From Monocercomonoides exilis PA203 (taxonomy: Eukaryota > Protista > Preaxostyla), in contig LSRY02000004.1 in assembly GCA_001643675.2 (NCBI GenBank), positions 1,674,001 to 1,738,000 of the forward strand: DNA of 64,000 nt. The letters run 5' to 3'. Numbering within the stretch: position 1 is the first letter of the stretch; each line of letters opens with the position of its first letter. Shown here piece after piece: positions 26,459 through 37,869 of the stretch. Position numbers and translations under genes: made by a program. The notes under the pieces were generated by a model. That model did not search any database. It was not told the origin of the DNA and saw only the letters and a list, made by a program, of their open reading frames with translations.

Positions 26459-29400
26459 ATGAGACATTTATCACTTGTGCTGAATGAAGAAATGAATGGA
26501 AGGAGAAGTGCATTTATCCACTCATCATTGTCATCAACCATCACAATCACCAGCTGCTCAGTCTCGTTTGCAAATAATGAATTGATTGGATACAACGTGA
26601 TATGTGTTGAGGGAGGAGGGTTGATAGTGAATGGATTTGCGATGGAAGGGGGAGTGACACTGACAATGAATGGGAAATCACCAATAGTGGTCACAAATGG
26701 AGTGAAATTGGAGATTATGAACAGCCGAATGAGTGATGTGGAAGTGAAAGGAGAAGATGGGGGATGTTTGAATGTGGAGATGGGTGTTAATGGGATTGTG
26801 AAATTGGAAGAATGCAATTTGTCATCAGTGTGTTCAGGCGGAAGTGGGACGAAAGGAGGAGGGATGAAGATATCAGTGGGGAAGGGAGGGATGTTGGAGA
26901 TGAAAAATGTGAAGTTATCAGGATGTGTTGTTCCATCAGAGGAGAGTGATGAGGGAGGGAAAGGAATTGGAGGAGGGATGTTTGTGAAGCTGCCAGATGA
27001 GATGGGATCATTTGTGATGGAAGGAATGGAATTTGAGGGATGCGATGCCTGGAAAGGGAAGAAAGTGTTTGTGTCAGGATGGGATCTGAGTGAGATTGTG
27101 GATAAGGAGCACTTGAAATGGGAGATAAAGGAAGAGGAGTTGGAATGGTTTGATGAGCTGTGTGGATGGGAGAGGAAGACGACAGGCGAGGAGGGATATG
27201 TGATTCCGCTGGTTGTGTATTTGTGGAGGAACTGGAGTGGGGATGGGTTTGTTGATGGAGAAGGAGGAGGAGACTTCAGTGGGTGTGGGTTTTGTGAAGC
27301 ACCATGTTCATCGATTGATCACTTGATATCGCTGAGATATTCGCCACTTGAGACAGAGGAAACGACGATCAGGATCAGGCGATTCTCTTGCATCAATCAC
27401 ACCATCTCGCTGTTGGCTCCGTCTTCAGCACCACTTCCAAGACCGAGCATGGGGATTGAGGGAGAAGAAAGAGGAACGATTGTGAGGATTGGGGAAGGGA
27501 ATGCAGAAGGAGCGGAAAGAGCAGTGATTGCATCTTGTGTGAGGCTGACGATAGAGAATGTGTCGTTTGATCTTGCAGGTGAGCTGGGGAGGCATGAGTC
27601 GCTTGTGGGATTGTTATCGTCGAGTGGATGCCTGTCAGTTGGGCACTGCTCGTTTGTTTGTGGAAATCCATCAGCTGAAACGAAATATTGCTTGATGGAA
27701 GTTGAAGGCGGGACAGTGAGGGTTGAGGAGTGTCTTCTGGATCAGTTCATCCTGCTGGGAGGGTTCCTGAGATTTGCGGCAGGGGTTGAGGTTGTTGAAG
27801 TGGTGAATGTGTCGATTTCGAACACAAAGGCAGCGAGCTGCAGCTTGATCTCGTTGAGTGAGGCGTTGCATTGGGGCAGAGCAGGGAACGAAGAGGATGA
27901 AAAGAATGAAAAGGCAAAGACGATGCTGCGAGTGAATGGGTCATCGTTTGCAAACATCACGTGTGAAGGCAACAGATCGTGTGTGGTGTGTGTGGATTCG
28001 TTTGGAGTTGGGGTTGTGTGTGTGATGGAAGGGTGTGTGCTGACGAAGTGCATGAGCGAGAGGAGCGAAGAGGGAGGAGGGATGAAAGTGTGCTTGAAGA
28101 GAGGAGAGTCGGAGGTGAAGGTGGGTGGGTGCTCATTCGGGATGTGTGTGTGCTCAACGCTGAAGGGAAGGGGAGGAGGACTGATGATTGATGCACTTGA
28201 CCCGAAGGGCAGAGGAGCAGGTGCATTTGGGGCTCTTGGGGTGAGGCTGGAGGGGATGCGATTCATGATGAATGATGCGCATGTGGGGAAGGATGTGTTC
28301 ATCCGGTGCGAGTCGATCGACTCGCAGATCAATGAAAGGCTGTTTGTGCTGGATCTGAGCCAGGAGTCATTGAATTCGAACAACTCGATTTGTGGGAGGG
28401 ATGCAATGAATGAGATTGATGTTGATCTGATTCCGCTGATCACATTCTATTATTCGGCACAGGTTTTTGTGAATGGAAGGGGGAGTGACAGCAGGCAGTG
28501 TGGAGCTCAGAGCAACCCATGTGTGAGCATCAACTGTGGGGCTGATCACATCCAGGAAGGGGTGATGAATGCGATTCTGATTGATGGAGAAGGATTTGTG
28601 ACAAAGGAGTGTGTGATTGGAGATCTGGTTGTGAGTTCGTTCAAAAAGACACAGGCAATTGTGAAATTGAACTCCAAGATTGAGAAATCAACTGAAAAGG
28701 ATTGCATCCTGGAGTTTGTGAACGAATGTGGAGTGGAGAGGTGCTCATTCCAGTTTGGAGATGGATTTGAGTCAACACACAGCTGCAACATGAAAGTGAA
28801 AAATGGTTCAATGGAGATGAGAAATTGTGTGTTCTTCTCTTCCCCAACAACAGTTGAGGATATGAAATTGAACAGTTCAATTGTGAGTGTGGAAAGTGGA
28901 GAGCTGAAGATATTTGATTCAGCATTCAGGGATATTTATTCAACAACAGCAGTGCTTTCATTTTGTGAAGAATCAGAAGTGACAATTGTTGAAACAAGAA
29001 TATCTAATATTGAATGTGAGGGAGATGTTGTGAGTGTTGGAGGGAAAGCGAAAGTGGAGATGAAAGAAATGGAAGTTGAGAATGTGACTCTGTTGTTGAA
29101 TGGATGTGTAATTGGGATGGATGATGCTGAGCAAGAAGTGAGTGTGCTGAACAGCTCATTTGGAAAGTGTGTGAATTCGGCGGATAAGGGAAGCATGATG
29201 CAGATTAAGAATTCCAAGGATGTGAGGATTGAGATATGTGTGTTTGATGGGGGAGAAAAAGAAGATGATATTATCAATGAGGGAAACAAGGGAAAAGAAG
29301 AATTATGCAAATGGAATGGCTCGTTGGTTGACATTGAAAGCAGCAAAGTGGAGATGAGGGAAACAACGATTATGAAGAGCAAGAATGGAGGGTTGTGGGT

Positions 29401-31414
29401 GAGTGGAGGAAGTGTGAAGATTGAAAATGGAAAGTTTGAGAACAACAATCCATTTATTGAGGGATACCCATCAGCTCGAAGGAATGTGATCTGCACAGGG
29501 AATGGGGAGTTAAACGTTGTGAGTGTGAAAGGAGGAGATGGGGCAAAAGACAATTCTTCACTTTGGATTCTGAATGATGGATGTGATTTGAGAGGGATAG
29601 CAGGAGAAAGAGCATCACCATTCTTCATTCCAGTTCTGGACAAGGTGTCTGTGAATGAAAAGGACAGCGATATTGTTTTGAAATTCGAGGGATCTCTTTT
29701 TGTGCCATGTGATTTGTCATTCAGGGTTGTGTGCAAAACAGGGGATGTGGAGTTGGTTGAGACATACCCTTTTGAAGAAGATGGTTTTGCATCAGAAACG
29801 GAAGTGAATGGGGTGATTCCATCAGAAAATATTTCAACGATCGGAGATGAAACAGAGGTGTTTGTGATGATATTGTTTGGAAAACAAAGGGCTGCGACTT
29901 CTCCGCAGATTCTGAAGAACAAAACAGAACCAAATTCTCTGAATGATAAAGTGGTTGAAGGAGGAAAAGAAGGAAAATATTATTGGCTGTTGGTTGTTAT
30001 TATCCTTGTTATTTTGTTTTTGATAGTTCTAATCGCACTTGTGATATTCATTGCAAGATGGAGATATTCAAAAGAGGAAGCGAAAAAATACAAAGAGATT
30101 GTGAATGATACAGTGAAGAAGGATCCGAAGGCATTTGAGATGGTTACGATGGAGATGTCACCAGAGGAGCAATGGAGAAGAGCGGAGAGGGAGACTGAGA
30201 AGAAGAATGAAGAGAGGATGAAGAAGAGGGTGTACGAGAAAAGCTTGGGACACTCCGAGTCATCTGAGCATCTTCTATCTGAGAGTGGCTCAACAGAATA
30301 TATTTTGGGGAGAGACTCAGACAAGATTCCTCAATGGATGCTGGAGAAGGTTGATGATGAGGAAGAGACGAGGAAAAGAACTCCATCACCATCCATCTCA
30401 TCCACTTCAACCACAGTCACTTCAGACACAGAATCCACTTTTGTTCGAGGAGAGGATCTGTGCCCCACCACTTCATCCATGTCGAATCTGGTAGATGCGA
30501 TGGACTGTTCGTCTCCTCATGAGAAGCTGATTCTTGATCTGCGAGACTCGTTCTTCATGCTGCTTCATGGGAGGAACAGGACGAAGGAGATGCCAATTGG
30601 GAGTGTGGAGGAGCGGGAGGCGACGGGAGCACAGGTGCTGTTCTGGGTGGCGAATCTTGCTCTGCACTCGTTCGATGAGATGAGCAATCCTCTCTCGTCT
30701 CTGGAGAATCTGAGTCCGCACATTGTGCTGTTCTCGGAGCACATGGACATTGCCATTGCACTCCACTCAGACTGCTCCTCTTCGTCAGAGGATTCGGACT
30801 CATCGTCGATCTCTTCGCTGACCATTGTTTCGTCTTCCTCATCGAATGTTTCAGTGATGAGCGAGAGGTTTACCGACTCGCCACCGCCCTCGTCAGCGTT
30901 TGAGGATTGTGAAGACAACCGGGACGAGTGCAAGCGGTGGAAGGCGCCGGAGCTGCTGATGAACAGGAAGATGTGTGCGACAAAGCAGTCAGTTGCGTTC
31001 TCGATTGGGATGATGCTGTGGGAGTGTGTGACGCTGGAGATCCCGTTTGGGGAGTATGAGGCGGGGATAGCAGGAGACAAGATTGTGAAGGGGGAGCGTC
31101 CTCGGCTGGATGTGGTGGAGAACACAACATATGGGAAGCTGATTGGTGTGTGCCTTTCGCCTGGGTGGGAGGGGAGGCCGATGCTGAGCGAGCTGAAAAA
31201 GGAGTTTTTTGTGCATTTCCCAGCAGAGGCGAAGATCCTCACAGTGTCGGATGCGATTGACCTGGAAGAAGAAGAAGGTGGGGGAAATGAACACAGCGGG
31301 GGAGAGGAAAGCATCATTATTGATGATGGGGACAATGGAAATGACGTTGGGGATGGTGATGAAGGGGAAGGAGAAGAGAAAGACACGAAAACAACAAAGC
31401 AGTTATTGCTGTGA
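26459..31414 (+). CDS. Remaining open 3' part (1651 aa) of the receptor pseudokinase gene: ectodomain repeats, TM, pseudokinase
   Basis: GGG(M/L)..F..(C/N).A..GK.VF and D...CG....PC.(S/T)I repeats; TM near 29980-30055; kinase subdomains VIII-IX are recognisable. No signal peptide in this fragment. Confidence 0.6.
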   Translation: MRHLSLVLNEEMNGRRSAFIHSSLSSTITITSCSVSFANNELIGYNVICVEGGGLIVNGFAMEGGVTLTMNGKSPIVVTNGVKLEIMNSRMSDVEVKGEDGGCLNVEMGVNGIVKLEECNLSSVCSGGSGTKGGGMKISVGKGGMLEMKNVKLSGCVVPSEESDEGGKGIGGGMFVKLPDEMGSFVMEGMEFEGCDAWKGKKVFVSGWDLSEIVDKEHLKWEIKEEELEWFDELCGWERKTTGEEGYVIPLVVYLWRNWSGDGFVDGEGGGDFSGCGFCEAPCSSIDHLISLRYSPLETEETTIRIRRFSCINHTISLLAPSSAPLPRPSMGIEGEERGTIVRIGEGNAEGAERAVIASCVRLTIENVSFDLAGELGRHESLVGLLSSSGCLSVGHCSFVCGNPSAETKYCLMEVEGGTVRVEECLLDQFILLGGFLRFAAGVEVVEVVNVSISNTKAASCSLISLSEALHWGRAGNEEDEKNEKAKTMLRVNGSSFANITCEGNRSCVVCVDSFGVGVVCVMEGCVLTKCMSERSEEGGGMKVCLKRGESEVKVGGCSFGMCVCSTLKGRGGGLMIDALDPKGRGAGAFGALGVRLEGMRFMMNDAHVGKDVFIRCESIDSQINERLFVLDLSQESLNSNNSICGRDAMNEIDVDLIPLITFYYSAQVFVNGRGSDSRQCGAQSNPCVSINCGADHIQEGVMNAILIDGEGFVTKECVIGDLVVSSFKKTQAIVKLNSKIEKSTEKDCILEFVNECGVERCSFQFGDGFESTHSCNMKVKNGSMEMRNCVFFSSPTTVEDMKLNSSIVSVESGELKIFDSAFRDIYSTTAVLSFCEESEVTIVETRISNIECEGDVVSVGGKAKVEMKEMEVENVTLLLNGCVIGMDDAEQEVSVLNSSFGKCVNSADKGSMMQIKNSKDVRIEICVFDGGEKEDDIINEGNKGKEELCKWNGSLVDIESSKVEMRETTIMKSKNGGLWVSGGSVKIENGKFENNNPFIEGYPSARRNVICTGNGELNVVSVKGGDGAKDNSSLWILNDGCDLRGIAGERASPFFIPVLDKVSVNEKDSDIVLKFEGSLFVPCDLSFRVVCKTGDVELVETYPFEEDGFASETEVNGVIPSENISTIGDETEVFVMILFGKQRAATSPQILKNKTEPNSLNDKVVEGGKEGKYYWLLVVIILVILFLIVLIALVIFIARWRYSKEEAKKYKEIVNDTVKKDPKAFEMVTMEMSPEEQWRRAERETEKKNEERMKKRVYEKSLGHSESSEHLLSESGSTEYILGRDSDKIPQWMLEKVDDEEETRKRTPSPSISSTSTTVTSDTESTFVRGEDLCPTTSSMSNLVDAMDCSSPHEKLILDLRDSFFMLLHGRNRTKEMPIGSVEEREATGAQVLFWVANLALHSFDEMSNPLSSLENLSPHIVLFSEHMDIAIALHSDCSSSSEDSDSSSISSLTIVSSSSSNVSVMSERFTDSPPPSSAFEDCEDNRDECKRWKAPELLMNRKMCATKQSVAFSIGMMLWECVTLEIPFGEYEAGIAGDKIVKGERPRLDVVENTTYGKLIGVCLSPGWEGRPMLSELKKEFFVHFPAEAKILTVSDAIDLEEEEGGGNEHSGGEESIIIDDGDNGNDVGDGDEGEGEEKDTKTTKQLLL

Positions 31415-32875
31415 TGGATGAAAAAGAAAGCAACTTGATGCTTGTTTTGAAGAAAGCTGTTGTTTTTGATTTGTGAATGTTTTGCGTTTTCTGTTGTGTT
31501 TGTTTATTGTTCTTTCTTTGTTGAGTTTGTGTTCTGGTGTTTTTATTTGATGTGTATGTGTGAATGTGTGTATGTGTTTATGTATTTCAATATTGAATAT
31601 GTATTGGTGTGCTAATTGAGCTATTTTCAAAAAGCATTTGTTCATCAACTATGTTTCATGTGGTTTGGGTGTTGTCTATATATGCTGTGCAAATAAGTGA
31701 TGAAGGTGACAATCCTGCACCGTTGTGCGTGTTCATCAAGAAATCGAATCATCCAATTTTGCATATTTTTGTCACTTTTTGTCACTTTTTTAGTTTTGTG
31801 AATTATGCAACATCTTGCGATTTTTGTGTGATATTTATTTTCAAGCGAGGATGAAATTTTTTTAAAATGAAGATGTTATTTTTGAGATTTTCGAGTCTTT
31901 AATGTTGTGTGTGTGTGCAGATTTTTGGATGTTTGGCTCGCATAAAGTTTGTGTGTATTTGATTGAAAGCTTTTTTTTGGAAAAGGTGGGAATCCTTCAC
32001 CATTCGAGTGTTATTTTGGAGAATAGCAAGGTCTGCTATTGAAGGGCTATTCGCAAAATAAGATGCATATGTATTCAATTTCTGATGTGTTTTGTATCAA
32101 AACAATTGTGGTTCTTTTCAACCAATCGAGGATAATGGTATTCATTGGCCCAGTTCAAATTGAATGAAAAAAGCAAATCAGCGTTTGTGTTGTGGCAAGA
32201 AAGTGATTCCTGCAAATAAAAGAAACATTCAGCTTCAAATTTTACTTCCACGATTCCAAAAAATGATTCGAATTTAACGATGTTTTATCATTTTTTGAGA
32301 TCATGGTTGATTTTTGAATTCATTCATTTTTTTTCCTTTTGGAAAGATAGTGTTTTATTGCAAAAATCTTTTTTGTCAAAAGGAGAATATCCTGGCACAG
32401 CACGATCATTGCCCAATAAAAAAATATCTCAAAATTGTGTTTCTTGTCTATTGTGTTTGTTGATATGCAGGAGACAAAAGAGAAAAAGAAACTTATATTT
32501 CATAAAATGTCAGTTTTGGGCTTCATAGAGTTCAGTCAAAATCGGTTTTAATAACTTTGAATATTATCTGCATTGGTCATTGACACATTTATTGTGTGCT
32601 AGAACATTTTTTCATTTTTTTCTTTTATTTTTAATCTTCAGAAATCAAAGTGTCACAAGTGTGTGTGGTTATTCCTTTTTATTTCTAGAGGTTGTTTCAT
32701 TGAAAGTATTTTGGAAGATCCTTCTAAATAATCGAAGTGTCGCTATCAAAAAAGATGAAATATTAATCATATGATCAGATTTTCGAAAAAATATATCCTC
32801 AAAGATCAAAATATATACAAAATACAGCACAAAATGTACCTATTTTTTTGACTATAATATGATTATTTCTCCATA

Positions 32876-33131
32876 TGGGTGATTTGTTATGAAATCAAAT
32901 TTTTTCAAACAAACTTTTCGATTCGAAATTATCCCTTGAATACTTGCAAACGAACACTGAAAAATGAGATAACTTATCACATTCATCCGCATGCTTTTTC
33001 CAGCAAGATGTTTATGTTTGAATCAGAAAAGATGAATAATCAATTTGACTGCAAAATCTCATCCTAATGATAAACTATCTTTGAAAAAACAACACTCCGA
33101 AAAAAGTTATGATTTCAAAAATAATCACCCA
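32876..33131. mobile_element. MITE, 256 bp, family A copy 1
   Basis: TIR TGGGTGATTTGTTATGAAATCA ... TGATTTCAAAAATAATCACCCA. TA on the left flank. About 50 bp of the 3' end is nearly identical to the copy at 37316-37573. Confidence 0.75.
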
Positions 33132-33747
33132 ATTTGTGTCAAAATTGTTGCATAAATGATAAAAACAATAATTCATCTTAAATGTTCATAGACACTTTAG
33201 GGTGGTTTTTTTATCCAGACATTATTTTTATTGGCGTTTCTCACTAAATGAAAAATGAAAATAGAAAAAGAATATTGAACCAGGTTTGAATACGTATTTA
33301 ATGTTCATACAAAAATATTTTTTGTCAATTGTTGTTTTTGATGAAGATCTTGAGTATTTGTTATTTATTTTTGATCATTTGTTTTGTCTATTTTGGACTA
33401 TCTTTCTTTTTTTGTTTATTTTCAACAATAAGGCTTTGAAAATTTCAAAGCCTTTGCGACATGCAGACTCTGTCAAATTGATTTGACAATTTGACCGACA
33501 ATGAAATTCAAAACTCTTTTAAGAATCATTAATTTGGAAATTTTAAAAAAATTGGATAACATTTTATTTCAAATATTTTTTTAGCTCTATTTTATTTTTT
33601 GAATGACTAAAATGAATAATAAAACACGAAAATTCAAAAATATTTTTTTATTGACGAATCGACAGATCTTTTCGACCTGATCATGTCTAGATCAGTCTGT
33701 CTGTTGAGATCAGTCGGTTTGTCGAGATCATTTGAAAAACGAGTGAA

Positions 33748-36717
33748 ATGACTAAAAATGACTTTATTGAAGAATTGCCGTATGAATTGCAAAGATGCAT
33801 GTAAGCAAAAAAATATTGTTTGTTAATCTCATTTTACCCCAGCATGTATAATTATTTATTTTTTAATATGATTCATCTTTGCAGCTTGAAGCGTTTGAAA
33901 GAAAAGTTGAGGAATTAAAGAATAATGAATGCACTTTCGTGGAATTAATAAGAACAAATATTTCAAGCAGTGGAAATAGTATGTTTCTTATTAAATATCA
34001 CTCAGACTAATTTGCATTTTTCTGCTTGAAATCTAGTCCACAAGTACCCAAACAATACTGGAGAAGAAATTGGGAAAATTAACGTTGAAACATGCGATGG
34101 AAAGCTTTGGTTGGCATATACTCCTGTCAAGACAGATGGATCTCTTAAAAAAGATGGACATATTTATTACTTGTGTCCACACTGCAAACAAGGAATCAAT
34201 TGTGCCATCTTTGGACGAAAAGGATGCGATGAAGTTGTGAATCATCGATGCGCATTGACAACTGCATCAACGATTTTGCCATATTTCAAGTTTCATCCAT
34301 CTTCAAGATTATCTGAAGCGTCAGCAAAGAAAATTGTTCCAACTCATTTTCAAGTTGATTCGTTGGCTGAGCAATATTTTCATTTAATTGGTCATTGCAA
34401 CATTGCTTTTCTTTCTGCTTACTCCAATGAATTCAATAAATTTATATCTTCATTAATAATTGTATCTCAACATAATCCATCTCTTTCACCTACAACCATA
34501 TTTCCAACTCTCACATATAGAAAGCTGACAGCACTTATTCAAGAAGAAAGAAAGAAAAGAATTTCTGAACGAAAAGCTAAAATATTCAATTCAATGGTTG
34601 CCGTAATGATGAACGGAGAGATAGTTGCTGGAAAAAAATACACTGTCATTTCAATTGTTCCTTTGCAGACAAAGTCATCTCCATTTTTCTGGAAAATTGA
34701 TAAGGCATGTTTCACAACCACTGATTATTTCTATCCGGCTAATGATATTATTGGAGAAGTTTCGAATTTGAAAGGAGAAGTGCGCTGTTTTTGCACGGAC
34801 GGCTTGCTTCCACAAAAACTCGCAATTCAAAGCTTTGCAGATCATTCGAAGTTGTGCTCAGTCGAAGAAATACCGAAGAAAATTTCATTGATATTTGTTT
34901 ACTGCCGTAACCACTTAATCAATTTAATTGTCACACGCCTTTTTAAGGATTATTCATTTTTCGTTCAATTAAAGGAAGAAATTACATCATTATCAAAGTT
35001 TACAAGAAAATCATCAACAAAGAACACATTTTTACCGAAATGCCCCTCTTTCATAGAAACGAGGTGGCTTTGTCTTTTCGAAATATGTTGTTTCGTAACA
35101 AAAAATTTTCACAATACGTCATTTACAGATTTTTTATCCAAAGAAAAAATTGATGATGTGATCCGATGTGAATTATCACTTGCACCACTGAAACAACTGC
35201 AGTTGTTATTTGAAATAGTTGAAACAAAACTTGGCGATGTGTTTCCCAATGTTCTGAAATCCATTGTGCAATACATGTGGTTGCAAGATCTTGAGGAATT
35301 TTCTTCCCCCGATTGGCAATATGGAGTTTGCTTTATTGTAATCCAACTGTTCAATTCATTTTTAGGGAAAGAACGAGGAGATCAAATCGCTTTGGCTCAT
35401 TCCCTAACTCCGATTGGTACACTTGACAATAGAAACGGTTTGTTTTCAAAGTCTTATTCAACAGAACTTATGACATTGAAAGAAAAATACAGGCTATTCA
35501 AATGTTCATCTGCATTTTCAAAGGATTCAGATCAAACTCAAATTCAAAGGATGCGTTGCGACACTTCTATTCAATCCACAAAAGATATTATGCAAAGTAA
35601 CTCTGTCTTTCTTTGTCCTTCTAAAGCAATTCCAAATACTGTGTTTACAAAGAATCAACAGAAAAAGTTACGAACACTTTCTCATGTAATGGAAGATAAG
35701 AACAGCTAAAATGGATTTTTAAGACAAACAATATGCGCTTTTTTTTTCGAAGAGTGAAAAAACGAATTTTCCAACAAATTTTCCTCACCAAATATTCTCT
35801 TCTCCGTTATCGGTTGAGACTTTTTATTCTGCTCTCCAACTTATAAGCCCAGAAAAAGATAAAATAGCAGAAGCAATTACCGAAACACAAGTTCAACTTC
35901 AGCCGCTTCCAAAAGATTTGCACTCCGTATCATCGACTTCACCAATCTATACATCAAACAACAGTTTGCTGCATTTATTAACTCTTTTGACAGATAATTC
36001 ACTTATTGAAAAAGAAGCAATTTCAAATGAAGATGAAAACCTCTATGAAATTTATTTAGACGAAGCAGGCATTATTCAAGCAGAAAATAATGCAGCTGAT
36101 GATGAATTCGAGGTTCTTTCTCCTTTTTGTGTAGGAAGTGAGCAAGAGTCATCATTTAACGATACAAAAAAAAACATACACAACTTGAAGATCATGACAT
36201 GCAATCAAATTCAGCTGAAAAAAAGGAAGACACATGCTCAGATAATGTTGAAAGCACTTCAGAAGATGACAAAGACGTTGAAGAACTTGGCGCAAATGAA
36301 TATTCAGTCATTGATAGAACAATATCAGCAGAACAAATCAAGAAATCTCTATTCAAAATCCAACAAACTATCAGTATGGATTGGTTTCTCAGATTAAAGT
36401 CAGCATTCAATGATTATCTTTCTAAAATTTCATGTCTGAAGGCTTCTTGCCATATTGATAGCATCTACGCTCCCTTTTCTTCAATTTTCCTGGACAACTC
36501 TCTGTATGTGGAACATCATAATTCTCAAGTTTTCTATTCTGAAATCAGCAAACAAGGAATTACTCCCATAATTTTTGCCAACATTTGTTATTCGTTGACG
36601 ATGTTTCCGTGCAGCGAAGCATCTTGCGAGAGAATTTTCTCTCGCTTGAGACGAATTATTGGAGACAGAAGGTACTCACTTACACCAGAAACACTTAATG
36701 TATTGCTTCTTTTATAA
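33748..36717 (+). pseudogene. hAT-superfamily transposase relic with N-terminal zinc finger and introns
   Basis: YYLCPHC...NHRC (BED-like), CFCTDG, YCRNHLINL (CxxH), IETRW, and C-terminal PCSEASCERIFSRLRRIIGDRRYSLTPETL (hAT dimerisation motif). First catalytic Asp reads N (VMMNG). Stop at 35709 and a frameshift near 36170. Short 5' exons splice in frame at ~33885-33978 and 34037; the exon 1 phase is unresolved. Confidence 0.85.
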
Positions 36718-37315
36718 ATGAATCTTTTTGAAGATTAAATGATTTGAAATGAAAAGCAATCTTTTGACTTTTCAGTGATGAGTTCTGAGAAATGTGTGAA
36801 ACCTGATAATAATGCCTTCAAAATATTGCAGTTTTCTGAACAATGTTTGGTATTGCTTATTTCCTAAATGTTTTTCTATTGACTTTTTATATTTAACATC
36901 AATTTAAGCATAAAGCAATAAAAAAGAAGACAAATGAGTTAAAAAAAGAAGACATGCTTAATTATTTCATTGAATTGTCTGAAGACTGTGAATGAATACT
37001 TGAAAATATGCATATTTAAAAAAATAAAATAATCTTCTTAGCTTTCAGTTGCTATTCATCCAAATCGATGCGTTCAACAATGTTCGTGGAACTTTCGTTT
37101 CGAATTCGAACGTTTTTCATTCTTCTGAATGACGAGTGATTTTTAAAGCTGATAATAATTGCTTTTAACCATGTATTTTCTGAAATATTGAATTTTTTCA
37201 TTTCACCAATCAAATGAATGTTTATATGCAATAAATAACACTTTTGTTCATTCAGTTTTGTTAATTTTGTGTATTTATCTTCGCAGTATGTTCCAATTGT
37301 TTATTGACGTATGTA

Positions 37316-37573
37316 TGGGTGATTATTTATGAAATCATATTTCTTCCATCAAATTTTTCGGTTTAAGAATTCACTTCAAGTGCTGATAAATGAGCACAAA
37401 AAAGAAATAATTCCATACAAAAATAACTTTTTCATGAATATTATCTGAAGCATTGTCATTTTAAACAATTGCATTGCATCTAACTCTTTAATGAATAATT
37501 CCTCTCATAAGAAATTGAACATTTGAAAAATCGACACTCCGAAAAAAGTTATGATTTCAAAAATAATCACCCA
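37316..37573. mobile_element. MITE, 258 bp, family A copy 2
   Basis: TGGGTGATTATTTATGAAATCATA ... TATGATTTCAAAAATAATCACCCA, flanked by TA on both sides. Confidence 0.82.
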
Positions 37574-37869
37574 TATATATATGCAATTATTATTTTCAAT
37601 GTGTAAGAACAATTGAATAAGAATTAATGTCAGAATGCATGAGAAAAAAATAATAAGAACATTTCTAAGTTCGAAAGAAAGATATGAAAATATGTCTTTT
37701 GTTCGATTATTCTCACCAAATAAGATAATTCACCAGGAGTTGTCATGTTGTCGGAAAAGGTTTGCTGTTATTGATACAAATTAATAATAAATAACTATGA
37801 AAATAATAAAGAAAGAAAATAAAAAACAATTTTTTGATAATTGTTGAAAATGACATAACTCTTTTAACA

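Larger units (their letters stand above)
13341..31414 (+). pseudogene. Receptor-like pseudokinase gene (signal peptide, beta-helix/Cys-repeat ectodomain, TM segment, TK/TKL-like pseudokinase) disrupted by two transposons, a frameshift and two nonsense codons
   Basis: Removing the TEs joins ATG CAA (13341) to TAT ATC ACC.. (16117), giving MQYITNVILLLLIF. ORFs 16127-16900, 24614-26443 and 26459-31414 are one frame across the second TE (GCA CTG TA|T CTG ACA). In-frame stops at 16898 (TAA) and 26441 (TGA). TM YWLLVVIILVILFLIVLIALVIFIA; kinase C-lobe RWKAPELL / FSIGMMLWECVTLEIPF. Confidence 0.85.

Noticed and set aside
31415-32800. TG-rich tract and short ORFs after the receptor gene
   Set aside because: Looks like low-complexity 3' UTR or intergenic DNA; no supportable product.
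33198-33215. TAGGGTGG as a hAT left TIR
   Set aside because: No matching inverted copy was found downstream of the transposase.
33081-37573. ~50-bp direct repeat as LTRs or a CRISPR-like repeat
   Set aside because: Explained as the 3' ends of two MITE copies. Only two units, with no RT, integrase or cas genes.
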